NCBI GenBank assembly: GCA_040285745.1
Contig: JAUFOR010000008.1
Span: 372,001 to 436,000, forward strand
DNA: 64,000 nucleotides
DNA from: Barthelona sp. PCE
Lineage: Eukaryota
Reading direction: 5' to 3'
How positions within the stretch are numbered: the stretch's first letter is position 1; every line of letters starts with the position of its first letter. The notes beneath the pieces are model-generated. The model saw nothing but the letters and a program-made list of their open reading frames with translations, made no database searches and was not told where the DNA came from. A program made the translations under genes and the position numbers. Of the stretch, positions 30,295 to 41,300 are shown piece after piece.

Positions 30295-31767
30295 TTAATA
30301 TTGAATTCCCAACGAAGCCATCATTTCTCTGGCCTGAGCATCATCGTCAGTAGCACCAGGCATCAACTGACGGATCATTCGCTTGGCCTGATTGTTCTTA
30401 GGTGCAATCTTCAAGACATGATCGAGATCACTGTATGCCTTATCGAAATCACGTAATAACACAGCAGTTCTTGCTCTATATATATAAAATGCAACAATTT
30501 TTGGGTTTTTAGCAATTGCAATAGAGAAATGCCAATATGCGCGGGGAAAATCACTCTGATTAAAATATACACAAGCTTGATTAAAATGAGAGATTGCTAA
30601 TCTAACCACTGCATCCCATGCCTTTTGCTCAACGAGCCTTGCCTGATGCTCGAACTCTGGAGTTGTGTGTTTCACAACCTTTGCGATATGTTTCATTTTG
30701 TTGCTCTCAATCTTTAACAACTCAGAGGCTCTTAGGAAATCTTGCGTTGCATCAGGGTAGTATTCGAGAATGCTCAACGTTTCTCCTCTATTAATAAGCA
30801 GATCTGTAGTTTCACAATGTTCTAAACCTCGAGTAAATATCTTCACCGCCTTCAAATGCCTCTTCTTTTCAAAGCATTGAAGTCCATATGAATTACAATG
30901 TACAGCAACATCTTTCCGTATTTCCTGCATGTTCTCCTCGGTCATACCGTTATCCAAGAGATCCTTCAACAATTGCTCAAGCTCAGTAACAGCTTGCTTT
31001 GGGTTGTGGAACAAACGATGGACGTTCGCCCTCTGCTTAATAAGATCAATGCTCAGAGGATCAACCTCGATTGCCTTGTTCAACATCGCCAGTGCCTCAT
31101 CGTAATCTCCTTGAAGAACTTGTAAGTTAGCATAAGATGATAAGTTGTGCGTTTCTGTTTCTAACACTGATAGTAGCTTGAGTGCTGGGGAGTGGTCTGG
31201 GTTCATCTTTAGCGCGTTCATGGAGAGCTGCCGTGCTTCTCCAAACATGGAATTCATTGCTGATATCACTGCGAGTGTTGTCAGACCATCCACATTTGCA
31301 GTTAATACTTCTTTCTTTTGACGTGCAATATCTAGTGCTGCAGATCTACGTCCTTGCAGCAGGCACACTTGAATACATCTTACAACAGACAGACAATGTG
31401 TTGGATCGGTGTTCATGGCTTGTTTAAAATGAGCCATAGCTTCCGTATATCTGCGTTCATTGAGAAATACAAGCCCAAAGTACGTCGAAAGGTCGGCGCT
31501 CACAGCTGATATGTCTTCCCTTTTTGAAAAAAATAAGCAACGGATGTAGTAAAATTGTGCTTCACTAATATCTCCTATTGCAAGATATGCCTGAGATATT
31601 TTTTGTGCTAAGTATGCGTCCTTTGGGGCCAAAACTAGCAAATGCTTGCCCAAAATAATAGCTGATATATAATCTCCGTCATTTAAGAAAAGATCGAGTT
31701 CATCGAATCCTGCTGCTAATCTGGAGTTAATGACCCTTCTACCGTCATTATCACTGAGATCGTTCAT
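30295..31767 (-). CDS. Tetratricopeptide-repeat protein (TTC16-like)
   Basis: Multiple TPRs (A...F..A...DP, LLINRGE, FSIAIAKNP...FYIYRA, L...PKN). Confidence 0.85.
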   Translation of the reverse strand: MNDLSDNDGRRVINSRLAAGFDELDLFLNDGDYISAIILGKHLLVLAPKDAYLAQKISQAYLAIGDISEAQFYYIRCLFFSKREDISAVSADLSTYFGLVFLNERRYTEAMAHFKQAMNTDPTHCLSVVRCIQVCLLQGRRSAALDIARQKKEVLTANVDGLTTLAVISAMNSMFGEARQLSMNALKMNPDHSPALKLLSVLETETHNLSSYANLQVLQGDYDEALAMLNKAIEVDPLSIDLIKQRANVHRLFHNPKQAVTELEQLLKDLLDNGMTEENMQEIRKDVAVHCNSYGLQCFEKKRHLKAVKIFTRGLEHCETTDLLINRGETLSILEYYPDATQDFLRASELLKIESNKMKHIAKVVKHTTPEFEHQARLVEQKAWDAVVRLAISHFNQACVYFNQSDFPRAYWHFSIAIAKNPKIVAFYIYRARTAVLLRDFDKAYSDLDHVLKIAPKNNQAKRMIRQLMPGATDDDAQAREMMASLGIQY

Positions 31768-32081
31768 AAAAATTGCTCCATAAAATGGGGGAAAGGGGAG
31801 AGAAATTGTGTAACCAGTATTAATAACGTTAAATGCTTTCTTTACTTATTGAAATGCACAAACAGGTAAAATTATACCCATGTAAATATAAATTGTAGGC
31901 GCAGGATTACGATATGTTGTTTTTTTAAGTGGTAACATTTTTTGAGCTTTTTGTCATACGCATTAACAGTGTTGGAGTGGATCGATTGTGTATTTTTTGA
32001 AGTAAGTTACCGATTTATTGAACTCATTCGATACGAACTGCTCTCTTTTTTAATATCAAAGGTTCTACTCTTCGTAACAGT

Positions 32082-33827
32082 TTATAATGTCCAATCTTCA
32101 CTTGTAGCGTTCTCATAGTGGCGACTAGTTGCTTTTTGCCTCATTAAAACCCTCTTATCAAAGAAATTCAGCAATGTACTTTTTTCTTCAATCGTTGCAA
32201 CCTTTAACACAAGTGATTCAAGGAAGGAATGATTGCTTGCATTGGTTCTCACTGATAACTTGGTTGTAATAACATCATATATCCACCTAAAAAGTCTATG
32301 AATTGCACCAATGTTGAAACACCCTCTGGTTACATTCAAGGTAGGGTCTACAGGATCCATCAGTACAGGAGCGTTCAAATTAGATAAATTAATGTTAAAC
32401 TGTTGTAAAAGCGAATTCTTAGGTCCAATAATTGCACGATCATTATGCCAAACAATGCAATGTGTTCTAAAATTAAATCTTTTGGAGTAAAAATGCAGTA
32501 ACTGCCAGAAGAACTGTGAAAGCCCAACACTCTCGTCAGTTGACAAATTGGGATATAGCTGCCAACGATTCTGAGCAAATGCAATAATATATAATAAAAG
32601 CCCATAACTACCCAGTCCCCCAGTGTATGCTTCGTTGAGATATCTAGCTGCAAGTGATTGTTTTAATACTAACACAATAGGAAACACATGTGGTAACTCG
32701 TTTAGTACAGTAACTACAAATTTCGTTGCATTGTATCCCCCCATCTGATTGAAACTGATATCGCACAGTAAACCACTTCGATGCTGAAGCTTAACAATTG
32801 GAATTGATGCACTAGAGATAACTTGTACACATTTACCAACATTACTCTTTAGCAATCGTTCTTTAATCATATGTAGTGCAAATAAAGGAATGTCTCCCGA
32901 ATATCTGTTATCAAATTGCATGAAAATATCATGATTAAATTCAATGTTGTATGTTTTCAATACTTCAAAATGTTGATTAAAAAGACCTTGCATAGATAGA
33001 ACTTCATCGTTGAATGCTCTTAGGATTTTCATGAGCACAGGGTCGATAGAAAGAGAAATATCTACATCACCAAGAGGTAGAACTAAATTCGTGGATGATG
33101 AACCATACAATTTCACACTAAGCATTTCTGATAGAATATCTCTCTTTTCCTGGATGGCTGTATTTAAAGTTGACTTCTTTGGCCATTTTCGATCACATAC
33201 AAGTAAAATTTCCAAGAATACATCAGTTAAGCAGTTACCTAATTCGGTTACAATAGCTCTCCTGAGTTTTTTCTCTGCATCTGATGGCTTTAGATAGTTT
33301 CCCAGAGCCAATAATTCTCTTTGTAGGAACTGTGGTGATTGTTTGCGATGTTGTGTAATCATGCTTGATGAAAACCATACTGGGTATATAACACCATTCT
33401 TAACGTTCAATGATTCTTTCGGCAGCATTTCATCATCGCTATCCGAATCTGAAAATATGAGCACTGGTGTAGAAACGCTTGGTGGACGTAAATTTGTAGA
33501 AACTGAAGGTATATCATCAACTGTGTCCCAGTTGATTTCTACCACTGGAGATGCAACCAAATCGTCGTCTTTAGGTGACTTTACCTTCTGAGATTTACGA
33601 ATAGGCTCATCAATTTCGTGTTGGAAAGGATGTTTCTTTCTGCTTCTTTTTTTGAGTAGTTCGTCCCTAGAATCAACAGTAATCTCAATTTTGGATGCCC
33701 AATGACCCTTAGCTTTTGGCTTTCGCACACGAGAAGTGGATTGTTTTTTGGATTTGTTTTTAAAGACCTTAGGGAATAATTTCGAATACCCTCTCTTCAA
33801 ATCTTCCGATACTTTCTTCGGAGGCAT
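32082..33827 (-). CDS. TRF4: Non-canonical poly(A) polymerase, Trf4/TENT4 family
   Basis: YGSSSTNLVLPLGDVD, IPIVKL, CDISFN, LNEAYTGGLGSYGL, MDPVDP..NVTRG. ATG at 33827. Confidence 0.9.
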   Translation of the reverse strand: MPPKKVSEDLKRGYSKLFPKVFKNKSKKQSTSRVRKPKAKGHWASKIEITVDSRDELLKKRSRKKHPFQHEIDEPIRKSQKVKSPKDDDLVASPVVEINWDTVDDIPSVSTNLRPPSVSTPVLIFSDSDSDDEMLPKESLNVKNGVIYPVWFSSSMITQHRKQSPQFLQRELLALGNYLKPSDAEKKLRRAIVTELGNCLTDVFLEILLVCDRKWPKKSTLNTAIQEKRDILSEMLSVKLYGSSSTNLVLPLGDVDISLSIDPVLMKILRAFNDEVLSMQGLFNQHFEVLKTYNIEFNHDIFMQFDNRYSGDIPLFALHMIKERLLKSNVGKCVQVISSASIPIVKLQHRSGLLCDISFNQMGGYNATKFVVTVLNELPHVFPIVLVLKQSLAARYLNEAYTGGLGSYGLLLYIIAFAQNRWQLYPNLSTDESVGLSQFFWQLLHFYSKRFNFRTHCIVWHNDRAIIGPKNSLLQQFNINLSNLNAPVLMDPVDPTLNVTRGCFNIGAIHRLFRWIYDVITTKLSVRTNASNHSFLESLVLKVATIEEKSTLLNFFDKRVLMRQKATSRHYENATSEDWTL

Positions 33828-34001
33828 CGAAAAAAAATTATGAAAGCGCCGTGTAAGGCGAGCAAAATGCAAAATATGCACTTTAATGATTGAAATTCTA
33901 TATATGAAGCAAATAAAATGGCTATATTCCTTTTATATGCCGTCTAAGGGAGTAAAACCGTATTTAAAAAAAAAAATGAGAACCTGCCTTTTATTTGGTT
34001 T

Positions 34002-34580
34002 TTATTGTCTTGTTCTTTGCATCAAAATATATCTCAGCTTATCAATTTCACGACTTTGCTCTAAGCCTAGAAATAGATTTGTCTGTAAAATGGAAACTAT
34101 TGAATATTGCTTTTCACGATCATTATTCTCTTCAGTTGATTCCATTATGTTGCCTGTTAATAGGTGAGTAATCTCAGAGGGATACGAACTGAGATCATCC
34201 TTGCCGATTAATAACTCAGTTCGTTTAACGTTAGCAGATACGCGGTATTTCAACACTGACGAAACTATTTCACTTATCAGCTCGGTTAACAGCATATCTG
34301 ATGGCTCATCAAGGTCCATATGTAACAGTGTGACGACTGAGTCATCAATTCTGTCACAAACTTCACCAATTAGAAACTTATTATTGCCTGTATCATTTAG
34401 AACTGAACAAACATAGCTGTTCACCGCCTGCTGAATCTGATTGTCGGATTCATACGGTTCATATGCCTCAGAGACAATAGATTCATCTAGAATCAGACAA
34501 TTATACAATTCACCGATTGCATGCTTGAGTAGAATCAATAACTCTCCTACTTCCATCTGGTTGGCATCTTCTATCTTCAT
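34002..34580 (-). CDS. Hypothetical protein
   Basis: ORF; start placed at MKIED (34580), with an upstream in-frame ATG at 34691. Confidence 0.65.
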   Translation of the reverse strand: MKIEDANQMEVGELLILLKHAIGELYNCLILDESIVSEAYEPYESDNQIQQAVNSYVCSVLNDTGNNKFLIGEVCDRIDDSVVTLLHMDLDEPSDMLLTELISEIVSSVLKYRVSANVKRTELLIGKDDLSSYPSEITHLLTGNIMESTEENNDREKQYSIVSILQTNLFLGLEQSREIDKLRYILMQRTRQ

Positions 34581-34861
34581 TATTTCGTTAAAAAAGCCTA
34601 AAAAAAATAAGCTGGCCCAAGTAAACAGCTGTAAAATGTAAAGCAGGTTTTCTGAGTTTTTGTTTGTTAAAAAAGATCTGACTAGTTGCATTAAAGGCGA
34701 ATTATGGCATTAATATCTCATAGTAAAGATTTCATTAACCTGCATACTTTTTGGAAGTTGCAAATTTTGGGCATATTTCGTTTAAACGAAACATCAGCTC
34801 CACATAAACCCAAAATATAATATTGAAACATACATAATATTTATTAGTATTGTTTTACACA

Positions 34862-36034
34862 ATGCAACCCTTTTCATTTGATTCGAGCAGCTTGTCGCTG
34901 AACTCGAACTTTAAAACGCTACTGGGGGAGTGTATGGTACAGGAGACTAACGATAAACTTGAAATTGAGCGACATTTGGGCTTTAATTTCTGTGTTCGCA
35001 AGGAATTTTCTATTCCATCGGTTAATAGCAGTGTGACGCACGTATTTTGCACTCCAGATCGTCGGACACTGCATATTTTTGACTCTATTGGATATGTACA
35101 TATTTTTTCCATTCCAGATTTTCCCAATGTTGGATCATCCAAGTCCATCCGGGCGATGTTTGCACTTAACGTGTCGCCAAAGACCGTGACACATTCTACT
35201 TCTTCACGATATACTCTTATTGTGTTTGATGATTCTTCCACCAACTCTTTATTGATTGACAACGTTAAAAAGACCTACATTAGGATGGAGGACAGCGAAC
35301 CACGTGATAAAATACTTGGTGCGTGCTTTGTATTAGATTCAAACAATAGTTCCAATTTTAAAACAATTTCTTCAGGATTTGTACGTGAATATACCGTGTC
35401 ACCCGACTTAAAACTTACTAAAATGTCTGAGGAATCCATACAAATGTTTGATTGTGATGTTTCCTTTTTTTCAAACAAATTTCTGCATTTAACCGGTGAA
35501 TTGAACCGTGCTTTAGACCATCCCAACATAACAAACCACAGCAATGTCGTGTATCACGATGAAAATGAGGAATTTTTGATCACTCGAACCCGAAATCAAA
35601 TTGTGATTGGTGATCAGACATTCAGTGCATTGACAGAAGAAAAACAACCATATATGTATGTTTCCGGGCAGAATTGCGTCTGGGTAGCTCGTGAAATGGG
35701 GTATTCAGTGTTGTTTATGTGGGATGTAACCTTAAAACAATTGTTTAAGGCAGTTATAGGATTTGAAGTGGTAAATTCATTCGCTGTTGTTACTGGAGCA
35801 TTGATTTATGTTGAAAATGGAACGATGATATTGGAAGGTGATCCAAAAATTTCAACACTATTCAGTGATGTTGCAGTTACAAGAATCAAAAAATCATCAA
35901 CCCAAAAAAGAAAGAGAAAAGCTGGTAATAGAAAGAAAAACATTCAGTTGAAACAACAAAGGGTTGATACAGATTTAATATCTCATGCAGCTCAAAGTTT
36001 GATTAAGCTTGCTTCTACAACAATTGATACTTGA
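34862..36034 (+). CDS. Hypothetical beta-rich (propeller-like) protein with basic NLS-like tail
   Basis: 390-aa ORF with WD40-like strands and QKRKRK. Confidence 0.7.
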   Translation: MQPFSFDSSSLSLNSNFKTLLGECMVQETNDKLEIERHLGFNFCVRKEFSIPSVNSSVTHVFCTPDRRTLHIFDSIGYVHIFSIPDFPNVGSSKSIRAMFALNVSPKTVTHSTSSRYTLIVFDDSSTNSLLIDNVKKTYIRMEDSEPRDKILGACFVLDSNNSSNFKTISSGFVREYTVSPDLKLTKMSEESIQMFDCDVSFFSNKFLHLTGELNRALDHPNITNHSNVVYHDENEEFLITRTRNQIVIGDQTFSALTEEKQPYMYVSGQNCVWVAREMGYSVLFMWDVTLKQLFKAVIGFEVVNSFAVVTGALIYVENGTMILEGDPKISTLFSDVAVTRIKKSSTQKRKRKAGNRKKNIQLKQQRVDTDLISHAAQSLIKLASTTIDT

Positions 36035-36070
36035 TATTCATGACAAATTATTTATGTTTACTACATTCAT

Positions 36071-36586
36071 TCACCCCTTCACAGCTCTTTTGAATACCTT
36101 AAAAGCACCCTTGAAACCCAAATCGCTTATGTTATATTCACTGTAGAATGCGTTTAATGAACTTGTTTCTATTAAATCGTTGCATTCCGAGTCTAAAAAC
36201 GTGCCTTCATATATGGCATCATCCACAATACGTTGTAATAAAGGAATATTGGATTGGAAAGGAACATCCTCAGTAGCAAATTCTGGATTGTTTTGAAGAG
36301 CTTCTGTGACTGTTAAAATGACCCTCCTCAGAAACACTGTGTTTTCATTTGACTTTCCGACAGCATAAAAAGTAATATTTTGGAAAGTTAGTGTTGAAGC
36401 CACAAAATCAGAGATTCTTACACAATGCTGCGGCCTAGCAGACCCCTCCGCAGCTTCAATGATAGATTCTATGACAGATTGCTGCTCTGGAATGGGTAAA
36501 TCTCTCAGCACACCCCATGTTCTGCAAAGTAGTAATCCTTTGGAGCACGTGACGAAGAACGCTTCCACCTTAGGCAAATGACTCAT
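36071..36586 (-). CDS. COPZ: Coatomer zeta subunit (longin fold)
   Basis: EQ, FYAVG..NEN...L and VDD.I..G..LDS match the zeta-COP pattern; 171 aa. Confidence 0.7.
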   Translation of the reverse strand: MSHLPKVEAFFVTCSKGLLLCRTWGVLRDLPIPEQQSVIESIIEAAEGSARPQHCVRISDFVASTLTFQNITFYAVGKSNENTVFLRRVILTVTEALQNNPEFATEDVPFQSNIPLLQRIVDDAIYEGTFLDSECNDLIETSSLNAFYSEYNISDLGFKGAFKVFKRAVKG

Positions 36587-36872
36587 TGCAGTTATATGAA
36601 AAGGAAAAAGAACGGTTTTACAGTATGTTCAGAATCTATTTCGATTCTACGACTTTTAATTTCACTCATGGCTCCAAATATTCATTCTCACCCACTCTAT
36701 CGAGTTCAATACTGAAGAACCTAATATTGAAGTAGAAGACAGAAGATAACTATATTTTGGCGTGGTGTGGCAGTAAATATAGTAACCTTTGTAGATACAT
36801 TACACAAATGTCCGAAAAATTAATAAACAAAAATTTTTGAGTTTTTTTTTATTTAAGCACTGTCAGAGCAGA

Positions 36873-37293
36873 TTATTCCTCTTCACGGCCCTTGATCTTG
36901 TTCATGATGATCTGGCGCTCACGAGCGTTGAGGGTAAGTTCGCGACCGTTCTGAGCTCTAAGAGTGGAAAGGAAACGCTTGTTGTAGAGGGAGCGAAGCT
37001 TGGAGCGACCGGTTTTGGGAGCTCTCTTCTCCATTTTGGGTGCATCAGGGCAAGAGTTTCTGACCTTACCAGTATGAGCGAGTGATCCGTGCTGACGAGC
37101 TAGGTGTTAGATCTGTAAACTGCAAAAAAGCATCATCGTTCTCAGAACCGTCCCCAGGTTATAACAGGAAGACAAAAAAAGCAAAGGGAAGAAACTAAAA
37201 AATTTCTTTCTGCTTATCTATGCCTCCAAATAAAATAGACTAAACCCATGCGTTTGTAACCGATTTAGATACTCTTTGATAATACATACCCAT
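36873..37293 (-). CDS. RPS30: 40S ribosomal protein eS30, 2 exons (37293-37290, 37099-36873)
   Basis: Spliced product MARQHGSLAHTGKVRNSCP...KTGRSKLRSLYNKRF. The start codon lies in an exon contributing only ATGG; the frame is restored by removing 37289-37100. Confidence 0.93.
37100..37289 (-). other. Spliceosomal intron in RPS30 (190 nt)
   Basis: GTATGT...ATCTAACACCTAG; phase 1. Confidence 0.9.
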
Positions 37294-37908
37294 TTTCTAA
37301 AAGTTCGATATTAGAAGAAAAAACAAAAGGAAGTGATTTACTGATTCACACTCTTTCCTTCCGTACAACATATGTCGGATAGTGCAAAAGACACTTCAGC
37401 AACATATATTTTCGAGGAAAATATGCTTTGTTGATAGTATTTGTTAGTATGTTTTTTTGCATGGTTTTCTGTTGCTTTTAAGTTGTTTCACTATGTTTAT
37501 ATGGTCATTTTATAGTCCAACATGACGTTGTGACATTGTTTATGTTCGTTAAAAATGTTTATGTTGGATTGTACTTTTCTGTACAATTAAAGGCATTGGT
37601 TGAACTTATTTTTGGGACTTGGGCTTGCTTTTGTATCCAAGTTAAAGGGATTTGGTTATTTCTTTTGGCAATTAGATGATGTAAATAGTATCGCATAAGA
37701 ATGTGATAAATGTGTCTGATTCACCTTGAAAAGTAAGGTAAACCTGTACGCTACATGTCAGTAAACTTGTGCATCAAAATAACATGTTTTAACACCTAAA
37801 TAATGTATATCAATATATTTGCTGGCTGCGTAGTGTTCATCCATCAACAAAGACACGAATCAATCAATAAATTTAGCATTAACAATGTATTTCACTTTAT
37901 ATCCTTTA

Positions 37909-38295
37909 ATGAAAGTTCTAGTTATATTGGCTGTATTCTTGTGCATTGCCGCGTGCCACCAGGACACTTCAAGGTTCTACAAAGGTTCTATCACAGCTTC
38001 AAAAGAAGAGAAATCACACACTTTTGCTGCACCTGTAGAAAACAAGTCCTCTCCACTTGCAATGGGTCTGAGCATGTTTGTCATAACCGCCACCCTCGCT
38101 GCTGTTGTTATCATTGGTAAACAGCACTTCACAATGAACCGTTTTGCCGTGAGACTTGTATTCTTATGTCTCAATATCTTTATCTTTGCTATGATTGTCG
38201 TTTACTGGTTGAAGTGGAACGCCTTCCAAGGTATGGCAGTGACCGTTCCTCTCATGCTTGTTTGGCATTTGTTATCAAAGTTTTTGATTAAATAA
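37909..38295 (+). CDS. Small membrane protein (signal peptide + ~3 TM)
   Basis: Hydrophobic N-terminus MKVLVILAVFLCIAAC followed by further hydrophobic segments. Confidence 0.7.
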   Translation: MKVLVILAVFLCIAACHQDTSRFYKGSITASKEEKSHTFAAPVENKSSPLAMGLSMFVITATLAAVVIIGKQHFTMNRFAVRLVFLCLNIFIFAMIVVYWLKWNAFQGMAVTVPLMLVWHLLSKFLIK

Positions 38296-38342
38296 GATTG
38301 AATTCTGTGTGAAAAACAGTAAAGTGAAACATATATTCTTGT

Positions 38343-41300
38343 TTACAATGATCTTAATGACACATTTTGTTTAGAAATAACTGTTAATGTAAAACTACGC
38401 TCATTTGAAGGTTCGAAAGTAAAGGGTACTATTAAAAAGTTACCTTTTGAAGGAATAATCATGGTATGGCCAATGATTTCACGACGATAAGCTATTTCTG
38501 AACATAAAATTTCATTACGGCTTTCAATTATGCGACCATCATGTGATGCATCCATTATATGAACTGAAAAACCCATCGCAACATGTTTCTTGCCCGTCAA
38601 ACGAGCATCTTCCTGTCTTAGAACAACATATACTTCACCTGGTTCATCAATAGTAAGTGCAAATTGAGGATTATGACGGAAAGTACCATAGTTGCTACAT
38701 CCACCAGCAGATTGTCCTCTCCACTCGGAGTTGATGATAACTTGGTTCCATTCAGAATTAAAAACCATTGTTACATACATATTTCTGAAGTATTTGGTTA
38801 TGTCTTCATATGCTATAAAAAATTCACCATCTTCAACATCCAATGTGTGACCGAGCTTCTTCAACAGTCTAGGGGTCCATCTACGGTCAACATCGGACCA
38901 ATTTCCTGTGTATTCGTAGCCACCAAGAGGGTTACGCAATTTTAACAATTTTGTTTGTCCAATTTCAACCAATGAGAGAACAGCATATGCATGTCTCGAC
39001 TGGATACCATCCTTTGTACTCACATCGCTTGAAAACGAACCAAGTGCAACAAGAAACCCACTCGAAAAATACTCCCGGATTTGTTTCCACATAAGACCCG
39101 TTACAAAGCTCTCGCTAACATCCTTGAAGTGAATGATTTCACCGAAGGAATTAGGTATCATATCTGCCAATGCATGACACACAACGCCCTTCTGAATCCG
39201 GTCAGCGCTGCCATACAACTTAGCATATGCCTTCTCAAGGATGGAGACCCATGGGTTCTCTTCGACAGAACAGCGACTTAGGACTAATTTCCCATCATCA
39301 TCCACGGGAAGTCGATCATCAACTGTTATTTCGTGTTCACCGTTTTTAAACACGACACGGTAGTACCCCTTATCTGGTATAGCGGCTCTGAAGACCTGCT
39401 CGACCAGCTGCGGATTTGTCTTTAATAAAGTGAACGCAGTTATTAAATAGCAAACACCAAGATGTTCGCTTTGGATGGGATCACCCTCTCCAAAACTGAT
39501 CTCTCCAGAAATCTCGTACATGTCACTGAATCGTGCCATTGTACAGTTCACATCCTCGGCTTCAAAGTCATAGACAAAATCATCTTCGAACTTTTCCTCG
39601 CTGTCTCTTACTCTCTGCATCTCTTCCTCCATGTCAAGCAAGGGCAAGGGAGATGGGCTAGCGACTGCGATGTTTGACTTTTTCTGATGAAGCTCATCAA
39701 TCTGATTGAGACATCTGTCCAGCTGCTGACCAACTGTGTTTCTAAGGTTCTTAAACTCACCCATTTGAATTAACTGGATGTTGATCAGTTCGGCTTCAGA
39801 TGGGTCGTCAGGGTTAAGCTTGCTAATTGAAGCTTGTAAATCACTGATCTTCAATTCTAGTTCATTATTTCTTGATATAAAGCCATCACGCTGAGCGGTG
39901 AGTGCATTGAGACCACTGTCTATATTAGACTCCATCTTCCTTACCTCATGCTTATGTACCTCATGGTTGATACTCTGTTCGAACTTACCCTTTATGAACT
40001 CTTCGTTCTGCATTTGATTCTCGAGGTTTTCCAGTTTAGTCTTCAGATCTGACGTTGTGATACTTGTCTGGAGATGCTCAATAATCTTCTGACGCTCCTC
40101 CTGTGACATTCTCTCGATATCATCAATGGTATAACTCTGACCTTCCTCTTCATCCGTCTGCTCACCCATTACTTGATTAACGTAATCTAAAATGATGAGT
40201 GCCTGCTCTTGGATAAGCGAAATACCACTGAAGAAGAGTCTGCTGAACAACACAGCACTGAAATCCAACCTTTGTTTGAATTTTTTGTGTATCGACTCAA
40301 TGATGTACCATCTTTGGAAGTCAACAGTTGTATTGTTCAGATCCTTTTTCTTCTGGATAATAAAATCATCAATGCTGTACACGTCATCAAACACCAAACC
40401 CGTGAGGTCATTACTTTCACTGTCTTCAATCTGTTGCAGTTGCGACTTGGTCTTGTCAATGTTGAGCGCCTTTGATGTAGTGTCTGTCTCCAGGTTGAGC
40501 ATACCCACAGACTTCTCAATGGCAAGATCGATCAATGGCCGGCTAACTACGTCTTCGATTTCATTATATTTAATGGAAAGTAAAAGCTTGAGATGTGTAC
40601 AATAATAAAGAATGAGAGAAAATGCTATGAAGAATGCAGCGCAACTCACCTGGAGTGGTTTCAAAAACACCATCGCAAACATGGACCAAGCAACCACTAG
40701 AACTAAACCACCAAACAAAAATAGGGGGTACTTTGAAATATCAAATACTCGACCAACACGAACATCGAACTCCAATAGAGGTAAGACGGAGTTGTTTGTG
40801 TAGCAGACATGGAATCCGTTGCTGGATAACAAAGGGAACTCTGCTAAACCAACAAGGATTAATAGCAAAACAAAAAGTGTCATTGTAATCGTTGTACCCC
40901 AGAAAATACCCTCACCTTGCATACCGATAATGATCGATAGGATCACAAGACCGACTGAACTGGTGATTGCAAGTGGTCGATTTTTGACTGGAATGTAGTG
41001 ATCATTAACAAAATATATTCTAAGAGTACGCACAAGTAAGAACACTAATAACAGTGATAGACCTGATCCTATTTGGAATAGAGCGTTCTTTCTAACAGAC
41101 ATTGAGCCGATCACAGCACCGATTATACTTAGAACACCAATTACGAGCATCTGGACACCTACAACAGTCTTGATTGCAAACGCCTCGGTGCGCCACAACG
41201 TAAACAGCGTCACAACATACACGATAAAGATGATTCCAGCGGAAACAGTCACCATAGAGTTGACTAAAGCCCATATTAAGAGTGAAATCAGACTTGTGAT

